From positions 480,001 through 544,000 of the forward strand of contig CBDBHR010000028.1 of assembly GCA_965205865.1 (NCBI GenBank): a stretch of 64,000 nucleotides of DNA, read 5' to 3'. This stretch comes from a bacterium (GTDB lineage Bacteria; SAR324; NAC60-12). Made by a program: the position numbers and the translations under genes. Each line of letters starts with the position of its first letter. The stretch's first letter is position 1. The notes below the pieces were generated by a model. The model worked only from the letters and a program-made list of their open reading frames with translations, was not told the origin of the DNA and did no database searches. Positions 1-10,566 of the stretch are shown here, piece by piece.

Positions 1-2
1 GT

Positions 3-491
3 GCTTCACGTAAAACAAAAGTCAATATTTTTTCCGCCAGACCTGGAATCATTATTGGCCGTAAAGGTGATGAAGTAGAAAAGCTCAAGAAGTCACTCGC
101 TCGACTAACCAAACGAGATATCGTCGTCAACATCAAAGAAGTGAAACGACCTGAAATTGATGCTCAGTTGATTGCGGAGAATGTTGCTATGCAGCTTGAG
201 CGCCGGGTTGCATATCGAAGAGCAGTCAAAAGGACGATGACTTCAGCCATGCGAATGGACATTGAGGGTTGCAAGATTATGGTGGCCGGTCGTCTCAATG
301 GCGCTGAAATGGCAAGAAACGAATGGGTCCGAGAAGGAAGGGTTCGTCTCCACACATTACGAGCTGAAATTGATTACGGATTTACTGAAGCACTAACAAA
401 CTATGGATTAATAGGGGTAAAGGTCTGGGTATGTCGTGGTGAGAATTTTGAAAAACAGCGTAACCGCCGTCCCAGACGAAAGGAACGATAA
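3..491 (+). CDS. rpsC: 30S ribosomal protein S3 (5'-truncated by window edge)
   Basis: Frame open from nt 3: [11 protein letters not shown]...[10 protein letters not shown]...[11 protein letters not shown]; lies before rplP. Confidence 0.97.
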   Translation, partial: ASRKTKVNIFSARPGIIIGRKGDEVEKLKKSLARLTKRDIVVNIKEVKRPEIDAQLIAENVAMQLERRVAYRRAVKRTMTSAMRMDIEGCKIMVAGRLNGAEMARNEWVREGRVRLHTLRAEIDYGFTEALTNYGLIGVKVWVCRGENFEKQRNRRPRRKER

Positions 492-493
492 GC

Positions 494-910
494 ATGTTGA
501 TGCCGAAAAAAACGAAGTTTCGAAAAAAAATGAGAGGTAGGCTTGCTGGTGTTGCCAATTCTGGTAATGTGGTCCAGTTCGGATCACTCGGCTTACAAGC
601 GACGAGCTGTGGATATATCACGGCTCGGCAAATTGAGGCGGCTCGTCGAACAATTACCAGGAAATTGAGGCGAGGAGGGAAAATTTGGATCCGAATTTTT
701 CCAGATAAGCCGATTACGAATCGACCTGCAGAAACACGAATGGGCAAAGGCAAAGGATCGGTGGAGGCATGGGTCTCTGTAATCAAACCGGGACGTATTT
801 TGTACGAAGTCGACGGCATCGAACCCGAGATTGCTGAAGACGCGCTACGTTCGGCAGGATTCAAGCTCCCAGTACAAACCCAAATTATGAAACGAGGACT
901 GATTGCATGA
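494..910 (+). CDS. rplP: 50S ribosomal protein L16
   Basis: [11 protein letters not shown]...RMGKGKG motif; operon order. Confidence 0.98.
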   Translation: MLMPKKTKFRKKMRGRLAGVANSGNVVQFGSLGLQATSCGYITARQIEAARRTITRKLRRGGKIWIRIFPDKPITNRPAETRMGKGKGSVEAWVSVIKPGRILYEVDGIEPEIAEDALRSAGFKLPVQTQIMKRGLIA

Positions 911-1092
911 AAGTGACTGAGTTGAGGGCATTGTCTACAGAAGAATTGGAAAGCAAGTTACTTGAAATGCAGGAAGAACAACTCCGACGTCGTTGCAATC
1001 AAGTCATTGCTCAGCTTCCAAATGTGAGATTACTGCGTCAAGGACGACGCGATATTGCCCGAGTAAAGACAATCATAAATGAAAAGAAATGA
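907..1092 (+). CDS. rpmC: 50S ribosomal protein L29
   Basis: [10 protein letters not shown]...[10 protein letters not shown]; operon order. Confidence 0.95.
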   Translation: MKVTELRALSTEELESKLLEMQEEQLRRRCNQVIAQLPNVRLLRQGRRDIARVKTIINEKK

Positions 1093-1160
1093 GAAAAAAG
1101 GCAGCAATAAGGTAGCAAGATGCGCCCTCCTTTGTGATCATTGATCCAAGAAGTTATTTG

Positions 1161-1412
1161 ATGAATCGAAAAAATAAAAAAGCACGAACAGGAATCGTAG
1201 TCAGTGATCAGATGGAAAAATCTATTGTAGTTCGGATAGATAGGACGGTCAAACATCCCTTTTATAAAAAAACGATAAGACGGTCCAAAAAATACATGGC
1301 ACATGATGAAAACAATGCCTGTAAGATTGGAGATATCGTGCAGATTATTGAATGCAAACCGATCAGCTTCCGGAAAACATGGCGCGTAGTGGAAGTTGTA
1401 AAAACATCTTAG
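1161..1412 (+). CDS. rpsQ: 30S ribosomal protein S17
   Basis: [14 protein letters not shown]...HPFYKK...AHDENN; ATG at 1161 preferred. Confidence 0.97.
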   Translation: MNRKNKKARTGIVVSDQMEKSIVVRIDRTVKHPFYKKTIRRSKKYMAHDENNACKIGDIVQIIECKPISFRKTWRVVEVVKTS

Positions 1413-1445
1413 TTTCAGTGATGGGATTGAGCAGAGGAAGAAATC

Positions 1446-1814
1446 ATGATCCAAATGCAGAGCATACTTGAAGTGGCTGATAATTCTGGTGCGAAACGAT
1501 TGATGTGTATTAAAGTATTGGGTGGATCGAAGCGGCGCTATGCTGGGGTGGGGGATATTGTTGTTGCTTCTGTAAAAGCGGCTTTGCCCAATTCTCGCGT
1601 CAAATCAGGTGAAATCGTCAGAGCGGTTATTGTGCGTACCAGTAAAGAAATTCGTCGCAGTGATGGCACATATATCAAATTCGATAAAAATGCGGCCGTC
1701 ATTGTGGATAACAAGAGAGAGCCGGTTGGTTCCCGAATTTTTGGTCCAGTGGCCCGTGAGTTGAGAGTTGGAAAGTTTATGAAAATCGTTTCTCTTGCTC
1801 CTGAGGTATTATAA
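1446..1814 (+). CDS. rplN: 50S ribosomal protein L14
   Basis: [17 protein letters not shown]...IVSLAPEVL. Confidence 0.99.
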   Translation: MIQMQSILEVADNSGAKRLMCIKVLGGSKRRYAGVGDIVVASVKAALPNSRVKSGEIVRAVIVRTSKEIRRSDGTYIKFDKNAAVIVDNKREPVGSRIFGPVARELRVGKFMKIVSLAPEVL

Positions 1815-1828
1815 TACGTCAATAACAG

Positions 1829-2176
1829 ATGAGTATGCATGCAGTGACAAAAAAAGTGAGCCGTGGAGCAATTCGCGTTGGAGATACCGTCCAGGTAATC
1901 ACCGGCAAAGACAAAGATTATCGGGGAAAAGTCTTAAAAATCGATTGGAAGGCCTTTCGTATTTTGGTGGAAGGGGCCAATAAAGTTCATCACCACAATA
2001 AACCCAATCAACAAAATCAGCAGGGGCAGGTTTCCATTTCCGAGGCTCCGATTAATTATTCGAATGTCTTGTTGTACTGTAATGCCTGTGAGAGAGGAGT
2101 TCGAGTACGGATGGACCGAACAACTCCGAGAGTTAAAAAGCGTATTTGTATTAAATGTTCCAATATTATTGAATGA
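1829..2176 (+). CDS. rplX: 50S ribosomal protein L24
   Basis: KOW motif IRVGDTVQVITGKDK; EAPINYSNV. Confidence 0.97.
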   Translation: MSMHAVTKKVSRGAIRVGDTVQVITGKDKDYRGKVLKIDWKAFRILVEGANKVHHHNKPNQQNQQGQVSISEAPINYSNVLLYCNACERGVRVRMDRTTPRVKKRICIKCSNIIE

Positions 2177-2184
2177 GATAAGTT

Positions 2185-2724
2185 GTGAGTCAGTCACTAG
2201 CGACATATAAAGAAACATTGGTCCCCTCATTGAAGTCACAGTTTGCATTCAAAAACTTTCATCAAGTTCCAACAATTAAAAAAGTAGTCCTCAACATGGG
2301 ATTGGGGGAAGCTATTCAAAATCCTAAGATCATTGAGGCTGCCGTAGATCAATTGAGTCTTATTGCTGGACAGAAAGCGGTGGTGACCCGCGCAAAGAAA
2401 TCCGTTGCGAGTTTCAAACTGCGAGAAGGAATGCAAATTGGTTGTATGGTTTCTTTGCGATCAATACGAATGTGGGATTTTTTAGACCGTTTTTTAACGG
2501 TAGCTCTTCCCCGAGTTCGAGATTTTCGGGGATTGTCCCCAAGAGCATTTGATGGCGCAGGAAACTATACGCTAGGTGTGAGGGAACAACTGATATTTCC
2601 TGAAATCAACTATGACAAAATTGATAAAGTACGCGGCATGAATATCACGATTGTTACGTCGACTTCGTCGAAGGAAGAAGCAAAAGCCTTGATGGAAGGA
2701 TTAGGATTTCCCTTTCGGAAATAA
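2185..2724 (+). CDS. rplE: 50S ribosomal protein L5
   Basis: [11 protein letters not shown]...[10 protein letters not shown]...IFPEINYD. Confidence 0.98.
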   Translation: MSQSLATYKETLVPSLKSQFAFKNFHQVPTIKKVVLNMGLGEAIQNPKIIEAAVDQLSLIAGQKAVVTRAKKSVASFKLREGMQIGCMVSLRSIRMWDFLDRFLTVALPRVRDFRGLSPRAFDGAGNYTLGVREQLIFPEINYDKIDKVRGMNITIVTSTSSKEEAKALMEGLGFPFRK

Positions 2725-2740
2725 TCAACCCTAGACAATT

Positions 2741-2926
2741 ATGGCAAAATTATCACTCATCCACAAAGCCTCGAGAAAACAAAAATTCAAAGTACGGGAA
2801 TATAACCGCTGCTCCTTTTGTGGTCGCTCACGGGGATATCTTCGGAAATTTGGTATGTGTCGCCTTTGTTTCCGAGATAAAGCTGGTTTTGGATTAATTC
2901 CTGGTGTGACCAAATCGAGTTGGTAG
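2741..2926 (+). CDS. rpsN: 30S ribosomal protein S14, zinc-binding 61-aa type
   Basis: RCSFCGR...MCRLCFR...PGVTKSSW. Confidence 0.97.
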   Translation: MAKLSLIHKASRKQKFKVREYNRCSFCGRSRGYLRKFGMCRLCFRDKAGFGLIPGVTKSSW

Positions 2927-2953
2927 ATACTCGTCATTAATAAAGCAACAATT

Positions 2954-3352
2954 ATGTTTATCCCTGATCCCATTGCAGATTTGTGTACTCGTATACGCAA
3001 TGCGAAAATGAGACAATATTCTTCAGTTCGCATCCCTCATTCAAAAATCAAAGAGCACATTGTAGAGGTGCTTCAAAAGGAGGGCTTTATTAAAAAATGG
3101 GAGATCAAAGAAGAGCAGACACAATTGCAGATAGTAATATATCTGAAATATACGGATATGGGTGAAAGCATCATCCGAACAATCCAACGCATTAGTAAGC
3201 CGGGATGTAGAGTCCATTTGAAAGTTTCCGATATCAAGCCAGTTTTAGGGGGACAAGGAATTGCAATAATAACGACGTCTCGAGGAGTATTATCCGACAG
3301 AGAGTGCCGCGAGCAGAATACAGGAGGCGAGATTCTTTGCCATGTTTGGTAA
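2954..3352 (+). CDS. rpsH: 30S ribosomal protein S8
   Basis: DPIADLCTRIRNA...ISKPG...GGEILC. Confidence 0.97.
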   Translation: MFIPDPIADLCTRIRNAKMRQYSSVRIPHSKIKEHIVEVLQKEGFIKKWEIKEEQTQLQIVIYLKYTDMGESIIRTIQRISKPGCRVHLKVSDIKPVLGGQGIAIITTSRGVLSDRECREQNTGGEILCHVW

Positions 3353-3384
3353 ATTTGAAAGATCCAATATCCTAAGAAAAAAAG

Positions 3385-3927
3385 ATGTCCAGAATAGGCA
3401 AACGCCCGATTAGATTAGTGAACAGTATTACCCTTTCTTACAAAAACCGAAATCTTGAAGTCAAAGGTCCCAAGGGAACTATGCAATGTGTGATTCCGGA
3501 ATTGGTGGAGTTGGATAATCAGGAACAAACCTTGATCGTACGAGCCGATTACGAAAATGACAAAAAGGCAAAATCTTTGATGGGTACCGCTCAAGCCTTG
3601 ATCACAAACATGGTAACGGGGGTGACTCAAGGATTTCAAAAACAATTGAATTTAGTTGGAGTAGGCTATCGTGCCTCAATTTCTGGGAATAGACTGGAAT
3701 TGAATTTGGGTTATTCGCATCCAGTCCATTATACTTTGCCGGAAGGAGTCGAAGCAAAAGTTGAAGCAAATAGCAGGATAATCCTGGAAAGCTGCGACAA
3801 ACAGTTGGTTGGCCAGGTTGCGGCAAACATACGAAATTTTCGGTCCCCTGAGCCTTACAAAGGGAAGGGGGTTTTGTTTGAAGGGGAAACAATTCGCAGA
3901 AAAGCAGGCAAATCGGCTAGAGTTTAA
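3385..3927 (+). CDS. rplF: 50S ribosomal protein L6
   Basis: MSRIGKRPI...PEPYKGKG. Confidence 0.98.
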   Translation: MSRIGKRPIRLVNSITLSYKNRNLEVKGPKGTMQCVIPELVELDNQEQTLIVRADYENDKKAKSLMGTAQALITNMVTGVTQGFQKQLNLVGVGYRASISGNRLELNLGYSHPVHYTLPEGVEAKVEANSRIILESCDKQLVGQVAANIRNFRSPEPYKGKGVLFEGETIRRKAGKSARV

Positions 3928-3964
3928 TCACGGCATTTGGCAAAAGGAAAGTAGAAAGACTTTC

Positions 3965-4336
3965 ATGAAAAAAACAGCACAGCGATTATCTGCCCGCAAA
4001 CAACGCCAGAGCAGGGTCCGGAGAAAAATCTCAGGTACATGCGAGCGTCCTCGCCTCGCAATATTCCGTTCATCCCGACATATCTACGTTCAGGCGATTG
4101 ATGACGAATCCCAGACAACAATGGCGTCGGCAGGAACGATTGAAAAAGAACTGACAGATTCCATCCAAGGATATAGCGGAAATCAAGAAGCAGCGGGTGT
4201 TGTTGGGAAGAAAATTGCTGAACGTCTCCTGCAAAAATCAATTTCCTCTGTCGTTTTTGATCGGGGTGGATTTCTCTATCATGGCCGTGTCAAAGCCCTT
4301 GCAGAAGGAGCACGCGAAGCCGGTTTGAAATTCTAA
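3965..4336 (+). CDS. rplR: 50S ribosomal protein L18
   Basis: [16 protein letters not shown]...[17 protein letters not shown] at 3965. Confidence 0.97.
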   Translation: MKKTAQRLSARKQRQSRVRRKISGTCERPRLAIFRSSRHIYVQAIDDESQTTMASAGTIEKELTDSIQGYSGNQEAAGVVGKKIAERLLQKSISSVVFDRGGFLYHGRVKALAEGAREAGLKF

Positions 4337-4369
4337 AAACAGAAATTTTATTAAAACAGAGGAGATCCC

Positions 4370-4876
4370 TTGGCGGAAAAGGCGGCAGAAAAAGGTGAAT
4401 TCATTGAAAAGGTGATCCGGGTCAATCGAGTTGCCAAAGTAGTGAAAGGAGGGCGACGGTTTAGCTTCAGTGCTTTAGTGGTTGTTGGAGATGGAAAAGG
4501 AAATGTTGGATATGGTATGGGGAAAGCTGGAGAAGTAACAGAAGCCATTAGAAAAAGCATTAGTCGGGCGACCAAAGCCATGGCTCCGATCTCCTTTACA
4601 GGAACAACGATCCCTCATGGCGTGATTGGACAATTTGGTGCCGGGAAGGTGTTCATGCGTCCTGCCAAAAAAGGACATGGTGTTATTGCCGCTGGCCCAG
4701 TTCGATCCATTCTGGAAGCAGTTGGAATACATGATATTAGTGTCAAATGCTTAGGATCGAGGAATCCTCATAATCTGGTCCGTGCCACTTTTAACGCACT
4801 GGTGAAATTGCAATCTTTTGAGGAAATTGCAAAACGGCGCAATGTTCCAGCAGATCAATTATCGTCATCGACGTAG
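4370..4876 (+). CDS. rpsE: 30S ribosomal protein S5
   Basis: [26 protein letters not shown] start after GAGGAG RBS. Confidence 0.98.
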   Translation: MAEKAAEKGEFIEKVIRVNRVAKVVKGGRRFSFSALVVVGDGKGNVGYGMGKAGEVTEAIRKSISRATKAMAPISFTGTTIPHGVIGQFGAGKVFMRPAKKGHGVIAAGPVRSILEAVGIHDISVKCLGSRNPHNLVRATFNALVKLQSFEEIAKRRNVPADQLSSST

Positions 4877-4885
4877 GAGCAAATA

Positions 4886-5065
4886 ATGTCCAAAATTAAA
4901 GTCAGGCAGATTCGCAGTACCATAGAGAAAAAAAAACAGCATAAAGCCAATTTGAAGGGATTGGGATTGGGGCGGATCAATCAGGAACGAATTCATCAGA
5001 ATACGGCATGCATCCGGGGAATGATCCGAAAAATACAGCATTTGGTGGAAATCGAAGAAATTTAA
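4886..5065 (+). CDS. rpmD: 50S ribosomal protein L30 (59 aa, not in the ORF track)
   Basis: Manual translation MSKIKVRQIRSTI...LKGLGLGRINQ...IRGMIRKIQHLVEIEEI; between rpsE and rplO. Confidence 0.93.
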   Translation: MSKIKVRQIRSTIEKKKQHKANLKGLGLGRINQERIHQNTACIRGMIRKIQHLVEIEEI

Positions 5066-5092
5066 TTTACCGCACTTTGAAGAACTCAAGCA

Positions 5093-5545
5093 ATGGAACT
5101 CTCAAATTTGCAAAAACAAGAAGGTGCGACAAAACCGCCAAGGCGGGTAGGTCGTGGTCCTGGTAGTGGATGGGGCAAGACTTGTGGTCGTGGACAAAAA
5201 GGTTACAAATCCCGTTCAGGATCCAAAAAACGACACGGGTTTGAAGGTGGGCAAATGCCGCTGCATCGCCGATTGCCTAAGTTTGGGTTCACCAACATTT
5301 TTCGAACTGAATATACAGTGATTAATATAGAAACGTTGGAAAAATTGGGCGATTTAGATTCCGGGGATATGGTTACAAAGGAAGTTTTAAGATCTAAAAG
5401 AATTATTCGCAGTTTGAAACGTCCTGTCAAACTACTGGGAAAAGGTAAACTTTCAAAAGCAGTCAAAATTGAGGTGGATAGAGCCAGTCAATCTGCGATG
5501 GAAAAAGTAAAAGCAGTAGGTGGAGAAGTGGTCTTGTTGAAATAG
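5093..5545 (+). CDS. rplO: 50S ribosomal protein L15
   Basis: RVGRGPGSGWGKTCGRGQKG...FEGGQMPLHRRLPK. Confidence 0.98.
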   Translation: MELSNLQKQEGATKPPRRVGRGPGSGWGKTCGRGQKGYKSRSGSKKRHGFEGGQMPLHRRLPKFGFTNIFRTEYTVINIETLEKLGDLDSGDMVTKEVLRSKRIIRSLKRPVKLLGKGKLSKAVKIEVDRASQSAMEKVKAVGGEVVLLK

Positions 5546-5554
5546 GTAAGGGAT

Positions 5555-6886
5555 ATGTGGTCAATCATTCAAAATATTTTTAGAATAGAAGAACTAAGAG
5601 AGAGGATCCTATTCACGATCATGATGTTGATCATCTTTCGAATAGGTGCTCATATTCCTACTCCTGGTATTGATGGTGAAGCGCTCAGTAAATTTTTTGA
5701 TGCTCAGGCTGGTTCGATATTAGGCTTTTTTGACATGTTTACTGGCGGAGCATTGGGACGATTGACGATATTTGCCCTCGGAGTGATGCCCTATATCAGT
5801 GCTTCGATTATCATTCAGTTGCTAACAGTGGTTTTTCCGTATTTGGAACGATTATCCAAAGAAGGAGAAGCAGGACGCAAAAAAATTACGATTTATACAC
5901 GATACGGCACCATTGTTTTGAGCGTTATTCAGTCTTTTGGAATTGCAGTGGGTATTCAGAGTATGGCAGCTCCAGATGGTTCCCCAGTCGTTATTTCGAC
6001 GATGAATGTCTGGGGGTTTCGAGCATTAACTGTATTGACCCTAACTGCTGGGACCACCTTTTTGATGTGGATGGGAGAACAAATCAATGAAAGGGGCATT
6101 GGGAACGGAATCTCTTTGCTGATCTTTGCTGGAATTGTCGTCGACATGCCTGGGGCTGTTATCAACTCGGTGCAATTGATCCAAAGTGGACAATTGTCTG
6201 AACTGGTTATGGCCCTGATCATAGTCTTGATGGTCGTTGTCCTGTTTTGTGTCATTTTCATGGAAACCGCCTATCGTCGAATCCCTGTCCAATATGCCAA
6301 ACAGGTACAGGGGAACAAAATGTATGGCGGACAGTCTTCCAATCTTCCTTTGAAGATCAATTCTGCAGGAGTGATCCCTCCTATATTTGCCTCCTCCATT
6401 TTAGCTTTTCCGGCAACCATTACCGGTTTCATCACCATTCCTTGGGTGCAAGCCATTGGTAATCAATTGATCCCAGGACGTTTATTGTATTCTTTTCTGT
6501 TTGGCATCATGATTTTCTTTTTCTGCTTTTTTTATACGGCAATTCAGTACAATCCAGTAAAAATTGCAGACGAGATGAAAAGATATGGAGGTTACATTCC
6601 AGGAATCCGCCCTGGAAAAAAAACGGCAGAATATATCAATGCAGTCTTAACTCGTCTGACTTTTGGAGGAGGATTGTACCTCACCGCGATTTGTGTGTTG
6701 CCGAGCATTCTGTTGCTCAATATGGGGATTCCATTCAACTTTGGGGGCACAGCCCTGCTGATTGTGGTAGGGGTTGCTTTGGACACCATTAATCAAATTG
6801 AAACCTTTCTTTTGAATCGCAATTATGACGGATTCATGCGTAAAAGCAGAAGACGTCAGGTGAGCACAAGAAGGCTGCGTATCTAA
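5555..6886 (+). CDS. secY: Preprotein translocase subunit SecY
   Basis: [35 protein letters not shown]; multiple TM segments. Confidence 0.99.
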   Translation: MWSIIQNIFRIEELRERILFTIMMLIIFRIGAHIPTPGIDGEALSKFFDAQAGSILGFFDMFTGGALGRLTIFALGVMPYISASIIIQLLTVVFPYLERLSKEGEAGRKKITIYTRYGTIVLSVIQSFGIAVGIQSMAAPDGSPVVISTMNVWGFRALTVLTLTAGTTFLMWMGEQINERGIGNGISLLIFAGIVVDMPGAVINSVQLIQSGQLSELVMALIIVLMVVVLFCVIFMETAYRRIPVQYAKQVQGNKMYGGQSSNLPLKINSAGVIPPIFASSILAFPATITGFITIPWVQAIGNQLIPGRLLYSFLFGIMIFFFCFFYTAIQYNPVKIADEMKRYGGYIPGIRPGKKTAEYINAVLTRLTFGGGLYLTAICVLPSILLLNMGIPFNFGGTALLIVVGVALDTINQIETFLLNRNYDGFMRKSRRRQVSTRRLRI

Positions 6887-6915
6887 TTTATATTTCAGTT
6901 TTCCAAAAGGTTATA

Positions 6916-7029
6916 ATGAAAGTTCGCTCATCAGTCAAAAAAATGTGTGAAAAGTGCAAAGTAATTAGGCGGCATGGTGTTTTACGGATTATTTGCGTTA
7001 ATCCGAAACACAAACAAAGACAAGGATGA
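6916..7029 (+). CDS. rpmJ: 50S ribosomal protein L36 (37 aa, not in the ORF track)
   Basis: Manual translation [37 protein letters not shown]. Confidence 0.97.
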   Translation: MKVRSSVKKMCEKCKVIRRHGVLRIICVNPKHKQRQG

Positions 7030-7047
7030 TACCGAGAGGAGTGTGAC

Positions 7048-7416
7048 GTGGCCAGAATTGCGGGTATTGATTTGCCCAATAAGAAGCGGGTTGAAATCGC
7101 ATTGACCTACATTTATGGGATTGGTCGCCCCACTGCCAACGAAATCTTGGAAAAAGCTGAAATTGATAAAGACACGAAAGTACAAGGCTTATCTGATGAA
7201 GAAGTCAATAAGATTCGCATTTTGATTGAAAATGAATACCGAGTCGAAGGGGACCTACGTAGGGAATTCAGTTTGAATGTCAAGCGCTTAATGGATCTGG
7301 GAAATTATCGAGGTTTGCGTCATCGACGAGGTTTGCCAGCACGTGGGCAGAGAACCAAGACCAATGCAAGAACCCGCAAAGGGCCAAGGCGTATTGTCGG
7401 GAAACGAAAAAAGTGA
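7048..7416 (+). CDS. rpsM: 30S ribosomal protein S13
   Basis: [10 protein letters not shown]...[14 protein letters not shown]. Confidence 0.98.
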   Translation: MARIAGIDLPNKKRVEIALTYIYGIGRPTANEILEKAEIDKDTKVQGLSDEEVNKIRILIENEYRVEGDLRREFSLNVKRLMDLGNYRGLRHRRGLPARGQRTKTNARTRKGPRRIVGKRKK

Positions 7417-7441
7417 CAAGGCTCTTTTTTAGAGTATGAAC

Positions 7442-7828
7442 ATGGCCAAAAAAAAAATAGTCAAGAAGAAAGAGAGAAAAATTGTTGAACGAGGTGTAGT
7501 GCATATTCAGGCTTCCTTCAACAACACAATTATTAGTGTGACAGACCCCCAAGGAAATGTAATCGCCTGGTCGAGTACAGGGTTGCACAACTTTAAAGGA
7601 TCCCGGAAGAACACGCCTTTCGCAGCAAAGATAACGGCTGAAGATGCGACTCGCAAAGCGCAAGATTTTGGTATGAAGGAGGTTGAAGTTTATATCAAAG
7701 GGCCTGGAGCTGGACGTGAATCGGCGTTGAGGGCAATTGCATCTGAAGGTATTACAGTGACAAGTATTCGAGACGTGACCCCCATTCCTCATAACGGATG
7801 TCGTCCCCCCAAACAACGTAGAATTTAA
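7442..7828 (+). CDS. rpsK: 30S ribosomal protein S11
   Basis: [11 protein letters not shown]...[14 protein letters not shown]. Confidence 0.98.
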   Translation: MAKKKIVKKKERKIVERGVVHIQASFNNTIISVTDPQGNVIAWSSTGLHNFKGSRKNTPFAAKITAEDATRKAQDFGMKEVEVYIKGPGAGRESALRAIASEGITVTSIRDVTPIPHNGCRPPKQRRI

Positions 7829-7835
7829 ATCAATT

Positions 7836-8858
7836 GTGGAAATTGAGATGTACGCAAAAAATTGGACTGCAATCGCTAAACCAAATCGTCTGCAAGTCGA
7901 GGCCAGAACCTTTAGTAGTTCATACGCAAAATTTATAATAGAACCATTGGAACCCGGATATGGTGGGACGATAGGGCACGCATTACGCAGGGTCCTGTTA
8001 TCGTCGGTTTGGGGTAGTGCCGTATTTGCGGTCCAGATTGAGGGAGTTTCTCATGAATTCTCTCATATCCCCGGAGTGGTTGAAGATGTAGTACAAATCA
8101 TCCTCAATCTCAAAGAACTCAAACTGAAGCAATTTGAGGAAGGGATTATCGAATTAGAGTTGATTGGAGAGGGAGATTGCACGTTGACTGGTGCTGATAT
8201 TGCCACCTTTGAGAAGGCGGAAGTATTGAACCCCGATCTGAAGATCGCCACTTTGAATGAAGATGCCAAATTGAGCATGATTCTGTACATACGCCATAAT
8301 AAAGGCTATGTTACTTCAGAGGAAAATCAGTCCGACGAATTACCAATAAACGTCATTTATCTGGATTCAAATCACTCCCCTGTAACGCGGATCAATTATG
8401 AGATTCAAAATGCGCGGGTAGGGCAACAAACCGAGTTCGACAGGTTGATTTTTGAATTGTGGAGCAATGGATCGGTAAAACCGGAGGATGCAATTGCCTA
8501 TGCCGCAAAAATCTTGAAAGAACACATGGATATTTTCATAAATTTTGATGAAAAAGCGGTAGAGCCAGAACCGGATCCCCCCGAAGAAATACCCATATAT
8601 AGTGAAAATTTATACCGAAGTGTCAGCGAATTGGAACTTTCAGTACGTTCAATCAATTGTTTGCAAAATGCAAAGATTGAGACTATAGGTGACTTGGTTC
8701 AAAAGACTGAGCAGGAAATGCTAAAAACAAAAAACTTTGGTCGGAAATCTTTGAATGAGATAAAAGCAATTCTATTATCAATGGAATTATCATTGGGAAT
8801 GAAACTGGAAAATTTTGATCCCGAAAGTAACCCTTTTGAAAATCAAAAAGGCAGTTAA
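7836..8858 (+). CDS. rpoA: RNA polymerase alpha subunit
   Basis: EPLEPGYGGTIGHALRRVLLSS, alpha-CTD LELSVRSINCL...NFGRKSLNEIK; alternative ATG at 7848. Confidence 0.98.
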   Translation: MEIEMYAKNWTAIAKPNRLQVEARTFSSSYAKFIIEPLEPGYGGTIGHALRRVLLSSVWGSAVFAVQIEGVSHEFSHIPGVVEDVVQIILNLKELKLKQFEEGIIELELIGEGDCTLTGADIATFEKAEVLNPDLKIATLNEDAKLSMILYIRHNKGYVTSEENQSDELPINVIYLDSNHSPVTRINYEIQNARVGQQTEFDRLIFELWSNGSVKPEDAIAYAAKILKEHMDIFINFDEKAVEPEPDPPEEIPIYSENLYRSVSELELSVRSINCLQNAKIETIGDLVQKTEQEMLKTKNFGRKSLNEIKAILLSMELSLGMKLENFDPESNPFENQKGS

Positions 8859-8891
8859 GCAATTTTATATACTGAAAATCTTTGAATCGTT

Positions 8892-9425
8892 ATGCGTCAC
8901 TTGAAAGCAGGTAGACGATTGGGAGTGACTACCGCTCATCGTCGAGCAATGATGAGAAATTTAGTTACTTCTCTCGTAGAAAATGAGCAAATCACTTGTA
9001 CTCTGGCCCGTGCAAAAGAACTACGAAAACCACTGGACAAAATGATCACATTGGGAAAACGGGGTGATCTTCATGCACGTCGACAAGCTTTGAAATTTGT
9101 TAAATCTAAAAAGGCCATGGCAGCCTTGTTTGGTGAATTGGCTGAGAGATATGAAGAAAGAAACGGGGGCTATTCTAGAATCATCAAAATGGCGACCCGA
9201 CGATTGGGAGACGGGGCGCAAATAGCAATTGTCCAATTGCTCGATGGGCCCAATGATCTCCTCTCGGAGCAAAAAAAGAAATCTCCTCGAAAGGGATCAA
9301 AATCAAGCGATACACTCCTGGCAGAGGTGAGCTTGCAGATTTCTAGCGAAACTGATCAAGGAAAGACAGAAGAAAAAACTGCTGAGGAGACAACAGAGTC
9401 CCCAAGAAGAAACCTTGCAAGCTGA
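8892..9425 (+). CDS. rplQ: 50S ribosomal protein L17 with charged C-terminal tail
   Basis: MRHLKAGRRLG...RNGGYSRIIK; acidic tail appears to continue out of frame. Confidence 0.97.
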   Translation: MRHLKAGRRLGVTTAHRRAMMRNLVTSLVENEQITCTLARAKELRKPLDKMITLGKRGDLHARRQALKFVKSKKAMAALFGELAERYEERNGGYSRIIKMATRRLGDGAQIAIVQLLDGPNDLLSEQKKKSPRKGSKSSDTLLAEVSLQISSETDQGKTEEKTAEETTESPRRNLAS

Positions 9426-9779
9426 AGCAGTTCAGGAAAATAACGATACTGAAGTAGATAACTCTCAAATTGAAGTCAGTTAGGATCAAAGGGGTGTTGA
9501 AGAATCCACTTCGGCAGTTGAAAGAGGAGACCCTGAAGAGAATACGAAAAAGGGATAATGAACGAAATTTTATTCATATCCTTACCTGGTCATTATTCCA
9601 GTAATGGCTAGAAAACTCATACTCTTTCAAATCAGTTTCAATTTTTATATTTCGATTACTCAGTGGCTCTGAGTTTCCCGCAGATCATCGGCGTGGGGCA
9701 ACCCATCAAAAGGAAAAACTGGTATTGACCTGCGTTTGGGTTTCTGCCTGTCTATCAACATTTCGATTATTGGTTTGTC

Positions 9780-10538
9780 ATGAAAGGTTTCTTTTTTCAG
9801 CATCCTCTAGAATATCATTTGAAAGTAGCAGGCGAAGAATGGGAACAAGGAACTACATTAAATGGAAGCTTGCTCGTCAAGAATATAGAAAACAATACAA
9901 CACTGTGTAAGTTACTTCAGATCGTATTGGTCTATGGGGTTTTTAAAAAAATTAAAGCAAAAGAGCATGAGGCATGGAGTGAGCTTCAGACTCAAGTACT
10001 GGCTGAAAATATTGATTTTGCCGCGAAGGAGGAAAAGCAGTATGGCTGGACATTTGATTTAGCAACTGATTATCAAATTTCGGACAAGGGAGGGAGTCTG
10101 TTTCTTTTATATGGAGGAGAAAATATTTATTCTCAAGGACGGATTGACGTCAGGTTGAAGCTACTACCAATGCTGCAGAGTTTTATACAAACTTTCGAAA
10201 GTCAGTTTCGATTTAAAAAAAAATATGAAAAATCAAAACAAAAGTTTACTGAAGTCAAGCTAGTCCCTCCCGATTCAAAAGAGTATATAACCCTGGACCA
10301 TGTATTGTGTTTATTGCGGGTGCATGAAAGAATTATGGAAATCCTTTATACTTTCAGAATGAAATCTTTTGGGAGAAAAGAGGACCACCAGCAGATGAAA
10401 ATGGTCAATAAAAAAAGAGAATGTCAGCAGCAATTCACGGAAGCCCAATATACCTTGGGTGGTTTCCCCAATCGAGAATGTTTCCGCCTAGCGATTCAAG
10501 AAGCATTGGAACAAGTAAAACCTCAAGTTCTGTTTTAA
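9780..10538 (+). CDS. Hypothetical protein, probable Spo0M/arrestin-fold family
   Basis: 252-aa ORF; motif spacing recalls Spo0M (WTFDLATDYQI, PMLQSFIQTFE, EVKLVP, LDHVLCLL). Confidence 0.55.
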   Translation: MKGFFFQHPLEYHLKVAGEEWEQGTTLNGSLLVKNIENNTTLCKLLQIVLVYGVFKKIKAKEHEAWSELQTQVLAENIDFAAKEEKQYGWTFDLATDYQISDKGGSLFLLYGGENIYSQGRIDVRLKLLPMLQSFIQTFESQFRFKKKYEKSKQKFTEVKLVPPDSKEYITLDHVLCLLRVHERIMEILYTFRMKSFGRKEDHQQMKMVNKKRECQQQFTEAQYTLGGFPNRECFRLAIQEALEQVKPQVLF

Positions 10539-10566
10539 ACAAAGTATAGCTGATTGAAAGTCCGTT

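Noticed and set aside
164-9272. Minus-strand ORFs across the ribosomal operon
   Set aside because: Antisense shadows of conserved r-protein genes.
9655-9725. TPP or fluoride riboswitch
   Set aside because: Only short fragments resemble the consensus; core motifs and a fitting downstream gene are absent.
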